Of a stretch of 64,000 nucleotides of DNA, positions 33,869 to 43,243 are shown one piece after another (positions within the stretch are counted from its first letter, which is position 1; each line of letters opens with the position of its first letter). Below the pieces are notes generated by a model, which worked only from the letters and a program-made list of their open reading frames with translations, had not been told where the DNA came from and searched no databases. Where the stretch lies: positions 98,266-162,265 of the forward strand of contig CAMTUI010000023.1 of the NCBI GenBank assembly GCA_947084985.1, written 5' to 3'. The DNA comes from Methanobacteriota archaeon (lineage in GTDB: Archaea > Thermoplasmatota > Thermoplasmata > RBG-16-68-12). Made by a program: the position numbers and the translations under genes.

Positions 33869-34612
33869 ATGTGCACCCTCATCGCGCTGTGGCGCGCAGT
33901 GCCCGGCTACGACCTCGTGATCGGTATGAACCGTGACGAGTCGGCGGCACGGCCGTCGGATCCGCCAGGGATCCTGGAGGGGGACCCCATGATTGTCGCA
34001 GCTCGAGACCGGCAGGCCGGGGGCACATGGCTCGGGGCGAGCGGCGAGGGACTCGTCGCCGCTCTGTCGAACCGACGTGGCCGAACATCGCCTGAGGCGA
34101 GGTCGCGAGGACTTCTCGTCCTCGACGTGCTCCGCCAAGGAAGCGTGCCCGCCGTAGACGTCCTCCTCCAGCGGGCGATCCGCGAGCACGAGTACAACTT
34201 CTGGAACCTCCTCGTCGCGAGCCGGCGGGAGCTGCGGTTCTTCCGATACGACGGGGACCTGTCGATGGTTCGCGGCCAGGAGGGGCTGAACGTCATGACG
34301 AACGAAGGTGGGAATGTCTCGACGGATCCGAAGGCGCAGGCGGTCCAGAGTCTCTTTGCGAAGGCCTCCGGACAGTCAATCGCGGAAGTCATCCGCTCCC
34401 TCCAGTCGACCTTGCGAACACACGCCTCCGCATCGGAGCGCGTGAGCCTGTGCGTCCATGCGCCGGGAGGCGGGACGGTCTCGTCGACGATTCTCGCACT
34501 CAGCAACGCGGACCCGGGAGAGAACGTCCTCCTCTACGCGGACGGACCGCCGTGCTCGACGCCGTACCGCGACTATCACGAGGTCGTCCGCCGACTGCCG
34601 AACCCCGCCTGA
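33869..34612 (+). CDS. NRDE family protein (TANGO2/DUF833-like Ntn-hydrolase fold)
   Basis: Starts MC (the Cys2 nucleophile position) and contains the name-giving GMNRDE motif. Confidence 0.75.
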   Translation: MCTLIALWRAVPGYDLVIGMNRDESAARPSDPPGILEGDPMIVAARDRQAGGTWLGASGEGLVAALSNRRGRTSPEARSRGLLVLDVLRQGSVPAVDVLLQRAIREHEYNFWNLLVASRRELRFFRYDGDLSMVRGQEGLNVMTNEGGNVSTDPKAQAVQSLFAKASGQSIAEVIRSLQSTLRTHASASERVSLCVHAPGGGTVSSTILALSNADPGENVLLYADGPPCSTPYRDYHEVVRRLPNPA

Positions 34613-34657
34613 CGGGATACGAAAAGGCTTTCCCAGGCGGTCCGCTACGCCGCCGTA

Positions 34658-35509
34658 TTGGCCGGCATCACGGATGTGCACGTGCATCTGGAGCCCTACC
34701 GTTCGATGAAAGCCTCCGCGATGCAGATGCTGCTTCGCGAGATGCCAGACCCGGAGCGCGTCGGCCGCCTGCTGGACGATCCGCGGGCCTTCCTAGACCA
34801 CCTCGATTCCGTCGGGGTCGAGAGAGCCTGTCTGATCAACTACGTCGCCCCGGAGATCCTCGGGTTCACGGAGTCCGTGAACGAATTCGTCTCGGACTTC
34901 GCGAAGGCAGACCGAAGGCGCCTCGTTCCCTTCGGCTCCGTGCACCCACGCCGAACAAAGAACCCGAAGCGGGACGTGGAGCGCCTCGCGTCGAAGCTCG
35001 AAATTGGCGGCCTGAAGATCCATCCACCGCATCAGCTCTTTGCCGCGAACGCGTACGCGGACGGAAAACTGCCGGCTCTCAGGACGATCTATCGCACGGC
35101 GGAACGAATCGGCATGCCGGTCATGGTCCACACAGGCACCTCCGTGTTCCCCGGCGCGCGCTCGAAGTACGGGGATCCGATGACCCTCGACGACGTGGCG
35201 CTGGATTTCCCGGACCTCACGATCCTGATGGCCCACGGAGGCCGTCCGCTATGGTGCGACACGGCGTTCTACCTGCTCCGCCGCCATCCGAACATGTACC
35301 TGGACATCTCGAGCATCCCGCCCAGGCGACTCCTCGAGTGGTTCCCCCGCCTCGAAGAGGTCGCGGACAAGGTCCTCTTCGGATCCGATTGGCCCGGACC
35401 GGGCATTCCTGGGATCCGGGAGGAACTCGAGGCATTCCGCGCGCTCCCCTTGGCGGAGTCCGCGAAAGAACGAATCCTTCGGACGAACGCCGCGAGGATC
35501 TTGCGATGA
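34658..35509 (+). CDS. amidohydrolase-2 (TIM-barrel metal-dependent hydrolase) family protein
   Basis: N-terminal metal motif DVHVHL, then HPPHQ, VMVHTG, MAHGG and FGSDWP, typical of the PF04909-type family. TTG start. Confidence 0.7.
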   Translation: MAGITDVHVHLEPYRSMKASAMQMLLREMPDPERVGRLLDDPRAFLDHLDSVGVERACLINYVAPEILGFTESVNEFVSDFAKADRRRLVPFGSVHPRRTKNPKRDVERLASKLEIGGLKIHPPHQLFAANAYADGKLPALRTIYRTAERIGMPVMVHTGTSVFPGARSKYGDPMTLDDVALDFPDLTILMAHGGRPLWCDTAFYLLRRHPNMYLDISSIPPRRLLEWFPRLEEVADKVLFGSDWPGPGIPGIREELEAFRALPLAESAKERILRTNAARILR

Positions 35510-35573
35510 GGATTCCGGCAGAACCCTGGCAAAGCTTGATGTGCGACGAACCGGAATCGGAACCGGACGGACG

Positions 35574-36125
35574 ATGGTGACCGATACGAACGGCTTGGAC
35601 GTCGCGACGCTGGGTGGCGGTTGCTTCTGGTGTCTGCAACCCGTCTTTCAGGATCTGCGAGGCGTTGAGAAGGTCGAAGTCGGCTACGCGGGAGGCACGG
35701 TCAAGAATCCGTCGTACGAAGTCGTATGCACGGACACGACAGGCCATGCGGAGGTCGTCCAAGTCACGTTCAATCCGAAGGCGATCTCGTACGAGGAGGT
35801 CCTGAAGGTTTTCTTCTCCGTGCACGATCCGACGACGCTGAATCGGCAGGGCGGCGACGTCGGAATCCAGTACCGCTCCGTGATCTTCTACCATACGACT
35901 GCGCAGAAGGATGCCGCGAAGCGCGTGATGTCGGAGATTGCCGCGGCGAAGCTGTGGGACAATCCGATCGTCACGGAAGTCACATCGTTCACGGAGTTCT
36001 ACCGCGGGGAAGAGTACCACCAAGACTACTTCCGGAAGAATCCGGGCGCCGGCTATTGCCGCGCCGTAATCGCGCCGAAGGTCGCGAAGTTCCGGAAGCA
36101 CTTCGCGGACCGGTTGAAGAAGTGA
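35574..36125 (+). CDS. msrA: peptide-methionine (S)-S-oxide reductase
   Basis: Catalytic GGGCFWC, then GHAEVVQVTFNP and YHQDY. Confidence 0.9.
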   Translation: MVTDTNGLDVATLGGGCFWCLQPVFQDLRGVEKVEVGYAGGTVKNPSYEVVCTDTTGHAEVVQVTFNPKAISYEEVLKVFFSVHDPTTLNRQGGDVGIQYRSVIFYHTTAQKDAAKRVMSEIAAAKLWDNPIVTEVTSFTEFYRGEEYHQDYFRKNPGAGYCRAVIAPKVAKFRKHFADRLKK

Positions 36126-36172
36126 GGCGCGGACCCAAAGGCACTTATCCACACCGCGCTTCGTCTCATCCC

Positions 36173-38272
36173 ATGGCGAAGAACCGCCTCGCGAAGGAGA
36201 CGTCGACGTACCTTCGCGGCGCGGCGCACCAGCCCGTCGACTGGTATCCGTGGGGCGAGGACGCCCTCCGGAAGGCGAAGGAACTCGACCGGCCAATCCT
36301 CCTGGACATCGGGGCCACGTGGTGCCACTGGTGCCACGTGATCGACCGGGAGTCGTACGAGGACCCGGAGATCGCGAAGGTCATCAACGAACGTTTCGTC
36401 GCGATCAAGGTCGACCGGGACGAACGACCCGACATCGACGCGCGGTATCAGCAGGCGGTCGGCTCGATCACCGGCCAGGGCGGTTGGCCCCTGACCGCGT
36501 TCCTCACGCCGGACGGGAAGGTCTTCTACGGCGGCACGTACTTCCCGCCGAAAGATGCCTTCGGAAGGCCGTCCTTCCGCCGCGTGCTCCTTGCGATCTC
36601 GGATCACTACCGGGAGAACAAGGCGGACGCGCTCCGAGAGGCGGAGGCCCTGCACCAGGCCCTCGCGGCAGCCCGGGCGACCCTCGTCGACCAGGGCGCG
36701 GTGAACGAAGCGATGCTCAAGGAGAGCCTCGACGCGCTGAAAGGCCAATTCGATTCCGTGAACGGCGGGATCTCCGGGCCCCAGAAGTTCCCGCATCCGG
36801 GCACAATCGAGTGGGTCATGGCGCGATACCATCGTACGCGAGAGACAGGGCTCAAGTCGATCATCGACCGCACGCTCACGGCGATGGCGAAGGGCGGCGT
36901 GTACGACCAGGTGGGCGGAGGCTTCCACCGCTACGCGACGGACCCACAGTGGATCGTGCCGCACTTCGAGAAGATGCTCTACGACAACGCGGGCCTATTG
37001 CAGAATTATGTTCACGCATGGCAGCTCCTGGGTGACCCGCTCTTCCGCGAGACGGCAGAAGGAATCCTCCGATGGGCAGACGAGGTCTTGTCGGATCGGG
37101 AGCGCGGCGGATACTATGCGAGCCAAGATGCCGACGTCGGACTCGATGACGACGGGGACTACTTCACGTGGACTCTGGACGAGGTCAAGGGGGCGGTGAC
37201 CGAGGACGAAGCGCCCGCACTCGCACTCCGTTACGATGTCGGCGATCGCGGGGAGATGCGGCACAACCCGAAGAAGAACGTCCTCTACGTCGACAAAGGG
37301 GTAGAGGAAATCGCCAAGGAGCTCGGGATGCCGGCGAACCGCGTGGGCAAGCTCCTGGCGAGCGGCACGAAGAAGCTCAAGGCCGCACGGGACCGGCGGC
37401 CCATGCCGGCGGTCGATCGGACAATCTTCGCCTCCTGGAACGGCATGATGATCGCGGCGACCCTCGAGGCGGGGACGGCCTTCGGGCGCGGCGACGTGAC
37501 GGCCTTCGCCTTGAAGTCGCTCCAGCGGATCCTCGGAGAGATGTGGTCGACAGACCACGGGATGTGGCATGCCTCGGTGGACGGGATGCGGAAGGTGCGC
37601 GGCCTCCTCGAGGATCACGTCTACCTTGTCGACGCCCTCCTCGCAGCGCACATCGCGACCGCGGAGCGTGTGTACTTGCGGACCGCGGAGGAAATCATGG
37701 TGTTCACGCTCAAGCATTTCTGGGACGCGGAGCGGGGCGGCTTCCTCGACATCGCTCCGGGCCTGCACGAGGGCGTCGGGTCCACCCTGACCGAGGTCCG
37801 TCGCAGGCCCGTCGAGGATTCCCCGTATGCGAGCGCGAACGCCGTAGCGGCCCTCTGCCTTGAGCGGCTCCACGCGCTCACGGGCAACGATGAGTACCGC
37901 CTGAAGCACGACGAACTCCTGATCTCCTTCGCCGGAGAAGCGACCCGGTACGGGCCCGTCTTCTGCGGGACGTACCACCTCGCGGCGGAACTGTGGATTC
38001 ACCGGCCCGCGGAGCTGGTTCTCGTCGGATCGCGCGACGACCCGGGGATTCGGGAGCTGCGGGCCGCAGCCCTGGCGACGTATTCCCCCGGTATCACAGT
38101 CCTCGTCGTGGAGCGCGCGGAGACATACGTCCCGGCCCTCGTCCAGCCGATGCTCCAGACGAAGGAGGCGAAGGCGGGCGCCGTCGCGTTCATCTGCCGA
38201 GGCAATACGTGTTCGAGGCCGACGTCGGACCCCGCGCGAGTGCAAACCCTCCTCGCCCAACCGCCGACGTGA
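36173..38272 (+). CDS. thioredoxin-domain protein, YyaL/SSP411 (DUF255) family
   Basis: The ATG at 36173 lies within ORF 35726..38272. N-terminus [22 protein letters not shown]...[19 protein letters not shown], followed by a long alpha-toroid region. About 700 aa. Confidence 0.8.
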   Translation: [699 protein letters not shown]

Positions 38273-38308
38273 AACGGGGCGCCGCCCTGCGACAGACTGT
38301 CACGGGTC

Positions 38309-39556
38309 TTGAACCCCCGCGTCAGGTTTATTCCCCCGTGGACGCAGGGCTTATGGACCCCTCCCCACACTCAGGGGCCGAGGTTCGACAACATCCCCTC
38401 CGACCCCGCGAGTGTTCTCCTGATCGGGTGCGGAGCGGTCGGTTCCGTGGTCGCCCACCACCTCGCCTCGAGCGACGTCATCGCGGACGTCGTCCTAGCA
38501 GATGTGGACGCAGACCTCGCGAAGAAGACCGCCTCGCGCCTACGACGCCCGAACGTGAGAGCGATGCAACTGGATGCGAGCGACCCGCGCGCCCTCGCAG
38601 AGGCGACGCGCGGCTGTCGACTCGTGATCAACACGGCCCTCCCGCGATTCAACCGCGGAATCCAGGAGGTCGCCCTCGAGGCGGGCCTCGATTACCTCGA
38701 CCCGGCGAACGACATGGATCCCTTCGCCAGCGCGGACCGGTGGGTGGATCAGGGTCGTACCGCGATCTGCGGGATGGGCGAGGATCCGGGACTGAGCAAC
38801 GTCTTCGCCCGATACGCCGCGGACGGGATGGACCGCGTCGACTCGATCAAGGTGCGGGACGGGGACACGGCCTCGAGCCCCGAGCATCCGTTCATCGCGC
38901 TCTTCAGCCCGGAGACGTTCATCGAGGAGACCCTCGCGTCATCGAGGATCTGGACGGACGGTCGGTACGAGACCGTGCCTCCGTTCGGCGCGTTCGAGAC
39001 GTACGAGTTCCCGCCGCCCCTGGGACCCTTGCCCGTGTACTCCGTGGACCACGAGGAGGTCGACACGCTCCCCGGGTTCATCGGGAAGGGCGTGCGGTAT
39101 GTCGACTTCAAGCTGGCTCTCGACGCGACGACCGTGCAGACCCTCAAGCTGTTCCGGGACCTGCGTCTCCTCGAGCGAGGGCCACCTGGCGGCCCGAGCC
39201 CGCGCAAGGCCCTCTTCGCCGCCCTCCCGAAGCCCGTGGACCTCGCCGGCCATGTGGACGGGTTCGCCGCGGTCCTCGTCGAGGTGACGGGAGAGAAGGA
39301 CGGGCACCGGGTGACGCACACCCTCTATTCGATCCTCGGACACCGCGAGGCCTCCGAACGGTTCGGCGCGACGGCGACCGCATATCTCACCGGCACGGGC
39401 GCGGCGGTCGGCGCGATCCTCCTTGCATCCGGGGTCATCAAGAAGCCCGGGATGTTCTCCCCCGAGCAGCTCGACCCGAAGCCGTTCTTCCCCCTCCTGA
39501 AGGAGTGCGGCATCGAGGTCCGTGAGCGCAGCACGCAGGAGCGGGACCTCGCCTAG
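38309..39556 (+). CDS. saccharopine dehydrogenase-like NAD(P)-binding oxidoreductase
   Basis: Rossmann VLLIGCGAVGSVVAHHL and a GEDPGLSNVFARY segment as in the Sacchrp_dh family. Start codon is uncertain (TTG at 38309). Stop codon is TAG. Confidence 0.65.
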   Translation: MNPRVRFIPPWTQGLWTPPHTQGPRFDNIPSDPASVLLIGCGAVGSVVAHHLASSDVIADVVLADVDADLAKKTASRLRRPNVRAMQLDASDPRALAEATRGCRLVINTALPRFNRGIQEVALEAGLDYLDPANDMDPFASADRWVDQGRTAICGMGEDPGLSNVFARYAADGMDRVDSIKVRDGDTASSPEHPFIALFSPETFIEETLASSRIWTDGRYETVPPFGAFETYEFPPPLGPLPVYSVDHEEVDTLPGFIGKGVRYVDFKLALDATTVQTLKLFRDLRLLERGPPGGPSPRKALFAALPKPVDLAGHVDGFAAVLVEVTGEKDGHRVTHTLYSILGHREASERFGATATAYLTGTGAAVGAILLASGVIKKPGMFSPEQLDPKPFFPLLKECGIEVRERSTQERDLA

Positions 39557-40902
39557 CCGCGCGAATGCTTCCGCAACGCGGCTTCCATTACGTCGAGGGC
39601 CTTGGCGAGGAGGTCCTCCTCGATCGTGAGCGGCGGCTGGATCCGGAGCACGTTCATCTCGGTGTCGTACAACGGGATCACTCCGTTATGGACGCAATCG
39701 AAGAACACGTCGCGGGCCGTCTCGGCGTTGCGCGTCTTCGCCGCCTTGTCGGAGACGATCTCCACTCCGATCGCGAGGCCGAGGCCGCGCGTCTCGCCGA
39801 CGATCGGGAGGGCCTCCCACTCCTTCACGCGCTTGAGCGCATTCGCCCCCTGCCGCGCCGCACGCTCCGGGATGCGGTCCCGGCGCATCACATCGATCGT
39901 GACGGTGGCCGCGACGCACGCCGCGGGATGTCCGCCGAACGTCGTGCCCGCGACGATGTCCTGCTCGCCCATCGCCCGCTCGTCCCCTAGGACGGCGCCG
40001 AGCGGCATGAGCCCGCCACCGAGCGCCTTGCCGATCGAGACGAGGTCCGGCGCGACGCCGAAGTGCTCGATACCCCACATCTTCCCTGTCCGGCCCAGGC
40101 CCGACTCCACCTCGTCCGCGATGAAGAACCATCCGTGCGTGTCCGCGAGCTTGCGAAGGCCGCGAACGAAGTTCGTGGGTGGGATCCAGACGCCGGCCTC
40201 GAGGGCCACGGGCTCGAAGATCACGCCCGCGATGCGGTCCGGATCGGCCTCGTAGCGGAGGAGCTGCTCCTCCAGGTACGACAGGCACCACTCTCCGAAC
40301 TCCGCGTCTGTCATGCCGCGCGGCTTGCGGTACGTGTGCGGATAGGGTGCGTGCACCGCGCCTCCGGAGAACGCCTCCCAGTTTCGCCGCCACCGCGAAT
40401 TCAGGCTGCCGATCGCCGTCGTCCCGATGCTCAGGCCATGGTACTGGCCTAGGAACGACAGGATGAGCGGGCGGCCGGTCGCCTCGATCGCGTGTTTCAC
40501 GGCCCCTTCCGCCGCGCCGGTGCCCGAGAGCTCCAGGAAGACGCGCGTGAGGTTCTTCGACGGCCGGATCTCCAGGAGCTTCTCCGCGAGATCGATCATC
40601 GGGAGGTGCGGGTTCATAAACAGGATCAGGAAGCCGTAGCGCTCGAGGGCTTCCCGCGTCGCCTCGAGGATTTCCGGATGTACGTTCCCGAGGTTGTTCG
40701 TCCCCCACTGGCTCGTGAGGTCGATGTACTCGCGTCCGCCCACGTCGTACAAGGTGGAGCCCCTCGCCGACGAGAGGACGATGTCCGCGAGCTTCGTCTC
40801 GTCGGACCAGAAGTACTTCGGATAGAGTTCCGTGTAGCGCTTCCAGTACCACTCGGCCGCTCCCTTCGACCCAATCGGGGGTCTGGACCCTTTCTTCGCC
40901 AT
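39553..40902 (-). CDS. class III (omega) aminotransferase
   Basis: PLP-fold motifs FIADEVESGLGRTGKMWGIEHFGV.PDLVSIGKALGGG. 449 aa. Confidence 0.85.
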   Translation of the reverse strand: MAKKGSRPPIGSKGAAEWYWKRYTELYPKYFWSDETKLADIVLSSARGSTLYDVGGREYIDLTSQWGTNNLGNVHPEILEATREALERYGFLILFMNPHLPMIDLAEKLLEIRPSKNLTRVFLELSGTGAAEGAVKHAIEATGRPLILSFLGQYHGLSIGTTAIGSLNSRWRRNWEAFSGGAVHAPYPHTYRKPRGMTDAEFGEWCLSYLEEQLLRYEADPDRIAGVIFEPVALEAGVWIPPTNFVRGLRKLADTHGWFFIADEVESGLGRTGKMWGIEHFGVAPDLVSIGKALGGGLMPLGAVLGDERAMGEQDIVAGTTFGGHPAACVAATVTIDVMRRDRIPERAARQGANALKRVKEWEALPIVGETRGLGLAIGVEIVSDKAAKTRNAETARDVFFDCVHNGVIPLYDTEMNVLRIQPPLTIEEDLLAKALDVMEAALRKHSRG

Positions 40903-40974
40903 CCAACCGCGCGGGGAACGCGCGTCCGGTCATTGACCCTTTGGGTCGCCCTTTATGAAGCCGGGTAGGACCAC

Positions 40975-41379
40975 CTATGGCTCGAGCGCCGCCTCGAGGA
41001 TTGCGCGGAAGTCCTCGGGAATGCGCTTCGGCTTGTGGGTGTTGTAGTCGTACGACACGAGGACGCTCTTTGCCCGCGCGAGGACGCGACGCCCCTTCTT
41101 CTCCGCGATCTCGTAGCTCAGGGTGAACGACGAGCGTCCAATCTTCGAGGGCCATACGCTCACTCGAATCTCGTCGCCCCACTGCGCCTGATACTCGAAG
41201 TCGATGTCCACGTGGGCCAAGATGAAGTCGATGTCCTCGAGACGCTCCTTCTTCGCAATCTTCATGTAGAACTGGGTCCGGGCGAGCTCCGTGTAGGAGA
41301 GGTAGACCGCGTTGTTCACGTGACCCATGCCGTCGATGTCCCGGAATCGCATCTGTATGTCCGTCGTGAAGCGCGCCAT
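40975..41379 (-). CDS. acyl-CoA thioesterase (4HBT/YbgC-like hotdog fold)
   Basis: 134 aa. The N-terminal MRFRDIDGMGHVNNAVYLSY is the hotdog thioesterase signature. Confidence 0.8.
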   Translation of the reverse strand: MARFTTDIQMRFRDIDGMGHVNNAVYLSYTELARTQFYMKIAKKERLEDIDFILAHVDIDFEYQAQWGDEIRVSVWPSKIGRSSFTLSYEIAEKKGRRVLARAKSVLVSYDYNTHKPKRIPEDFRAILEAALEP

Positions 41380-41424
41380 TGCGCGGCCGATGCCGCATTG
41401 CGGCGAAAAACGTTTGGGTGGTCG

Positions 41425-41970
41425 TCATTCGCCGCGAATCAGACGGGTGAATTCCTCGGAGAGCTCGAGGACGACCTGCTTCGAGGAATCGCCCCGCATC
41501 GCGGGTCTGGAGGGCAGGGTGGCCTCCGCGAGGGTGCGGTAGATTGGCCAGGAGAGGTCGATGCGACGCCGCAGGACCTCGTCGACGTTCCGGATCACCT
41601 TCGCGGGAACTCCTGCGATCACGCTGCCCTCAGGGAACTCCGCGGATTCTCGGACCACAGCGCCGCTCGCGATGAGAGATCCGCGACCAATCCTCGCACC
41701 GCTGTTGACCGTGGCGTTCATGCCGATGAGGCAGTCATCGCCGATCGTGCATCCGTGGATCACCGCCCCGTGGCCTACGGTCACATGCGCCCCGATGAGA
41801 GCGGGCATCCCGCGATCCACGTGGACAACGACGTTGTCCTGGATGTTCGAATCGCGCCCGACGACGATGGAATCGAAATCCCCACGCAACACCGCGCCAT
41901 GCCACACGCTCGCGCCCTCCTCTACGGTCAAGTCTCCTACGAGGACCGCGCTCGGGGCGACGTAGATCAT
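41425..41970 (-). CDS. gamma-carbonic anhydrase / hexapeptide-repeat (LbH) family protein
   Basis: VWHGAVLRGD...IQDNVVVHV...VTVGHGAVIHGCTIGD, left-handed beta-helix repeats. ATGA overlap with the upstream MFS gene. Confidence 0.8.
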   Translation of the reverse strand: MIYVAPSAVLVGDLTVEEGASVWHGAVLRGDFDSIVVGRDSNIQDNVVVHVDRGMPALIGAHVTVGHGAVIHGCTIGDDCLIGMNATVNSGARIGRGSLIASGAVVRESAEFPEGSVIAGVPAKVIRNVDEVLRRRIDLSWPIYRTLAEATLPSRPAMRGDSSKQVVLELSEEFTRLIRGE

Positions 41971-43232
41971 CGAGGCGGCATGGGGCCGGCGGGCCTCAAG
42001 GTTTTGGCGCGTGTTTCCCGCATCGCGATTGCGATCACGACTCCCGAGACGAAGGTCACGGCACCGGTGGTCATGAGGGCGACCCCCAGGCCGGAGGCAT
42101 CCGCGACAAGACCCACGCCGATGGCGCCAATCGCGAACCCGAGGTCTCGCCAGAAGCGGTACACGCCCACGGTGGCGCCCCGCGCGGACGGCGGAGCGAG
42201 ATCCCCGACCGCCGACAGGAACGTCGGATAGACCAATGCCGTCCCGAAGCCCAGGAGGGCACTCGCTCCGGACCAGACAATCAAGTCATCGCCGAGGACG
42301 AACAGGAAGAACGCCGCGGCCTGGAGGGACATTCCCGCCACCAGGAGCGGCTTCCGTCCGAGGGCATCGCTCGCGGGACCCGTGATGAGTTGAAGGATTC
42401 CCCAGGTGAGCGGGTAGAGTCCTGCTACCCAGCCAATGGCATCCGGCGGGAGGCCGTGGGCCGCAAGGAACAGGGGAAGGAGTCCCCACGCGATGCCGTC
42501 GTTCAGATTGTTAACGAGGCCTCCTTGGGAGCACGCGAATAGGCTGCGGTTCCGCCAGCTGGCCTCGGCAAACGTCTCGCGGAAAGAAACCGGCACCTTG
42601 CTCCCACCCTCGAGGTCTGCATAGGGCTTCGTCTCCCGCACGGCCACCGCACTCAAAGGAAACCCGACGGCCAGGGCTACGAGGCCCACGGCAAATGGCA
42701 CGGGCCGAATCCCGTGCAGGGCCGCGAGGTATCCGGTGAGGAACGCCGTGACTCCGACCGCCACATAGCCCGCGAACTCGTTCAGGCCCATCGCAAGGCC
42801 CCGACTCTCCGGGCCCACGAGATCGATCTTGCTCACGACTGTCATGGACCAGCAGAGTCCTTGGTTCACGCCGAGGAATACGTTCGCGAGGACGATGAGC
42901 CACCAGTGCGGAGGGGGCGCGAACATTAGGAGGAAGGGCACCGGAATTCCGGCGACCCAGCCCACCAGGAGGACACGCTTCCTTCCGTGGGCGTCCGCGA
43001 GGCTTCCTGCGGCCGCGTTCGAGAAGGCCTTGACGACCCCGAAGGAAACGAGGAAGGACAGGATCGCCGCCTGGGATCCAATCCCGAACACGTCGCGGCC
43101 GAGGAGCGGGAGTAGGGTCCGCTCCATTCCGACCATCGCACCGACGAAGGCGTTCACGGCTACGAGAAGGGTGAATTGCCGCCAGTTCACGCGCAAGCCG
43201 AGGACGAGGGGGCGATCCGTCGAGGCCGTCAC
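41967..43232 (-). CDS. MFS transporter
   Basis: 421 aa with about 12 hydrophobic segments and the loop motif GSLADAHGRKRVLL. Confidence 0.8.
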   Translation of the reverse strand: MTASTDRPLVLGLRVNWRQFTLLVAVNAFVGAMVGMERTLLPLLGRDVFGIGSQAAILSFLVSFGVVKAFSNAAAGSLADAHGRKRVLLVGWVAGIPVPFLLMFAPPPHWWLIVLANVFLGVNQGLCWSMTVVSKIDLVGPESRGLAMGLNEFAGYVAVGVTAFLTGYLAALHGIRPVPFAVGLVALAVGFPLSAVAVRETKPYADLEGGSKVPVSFRETFAEASWRNRSLFACSQGGLVNNLNDGIAWGLLPLFLAAHGLPPDAIGWVAGLYPLTWGILQLITGPASDALGRKPLLVAGMSLQAAAFFLFVLGDDLIVWSGASALLGFGTALVYPTFLSAVGDLAPPSARGATVGVYRFWRDLGFAIGAIGVGLVADASGLGVALMTTGAVTFVSGVVIAIAMRETRAKTLRPAGPMPPR

Positions 43233-43243
43233 GTTCCGCGCCT

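Noticed and set aside
39553-39556. Two convergent genes sharing overlapping TAG stops in the palindrome CTAG.
   Set aside because: A curiosity of tight packing. No functional implication can be supported.
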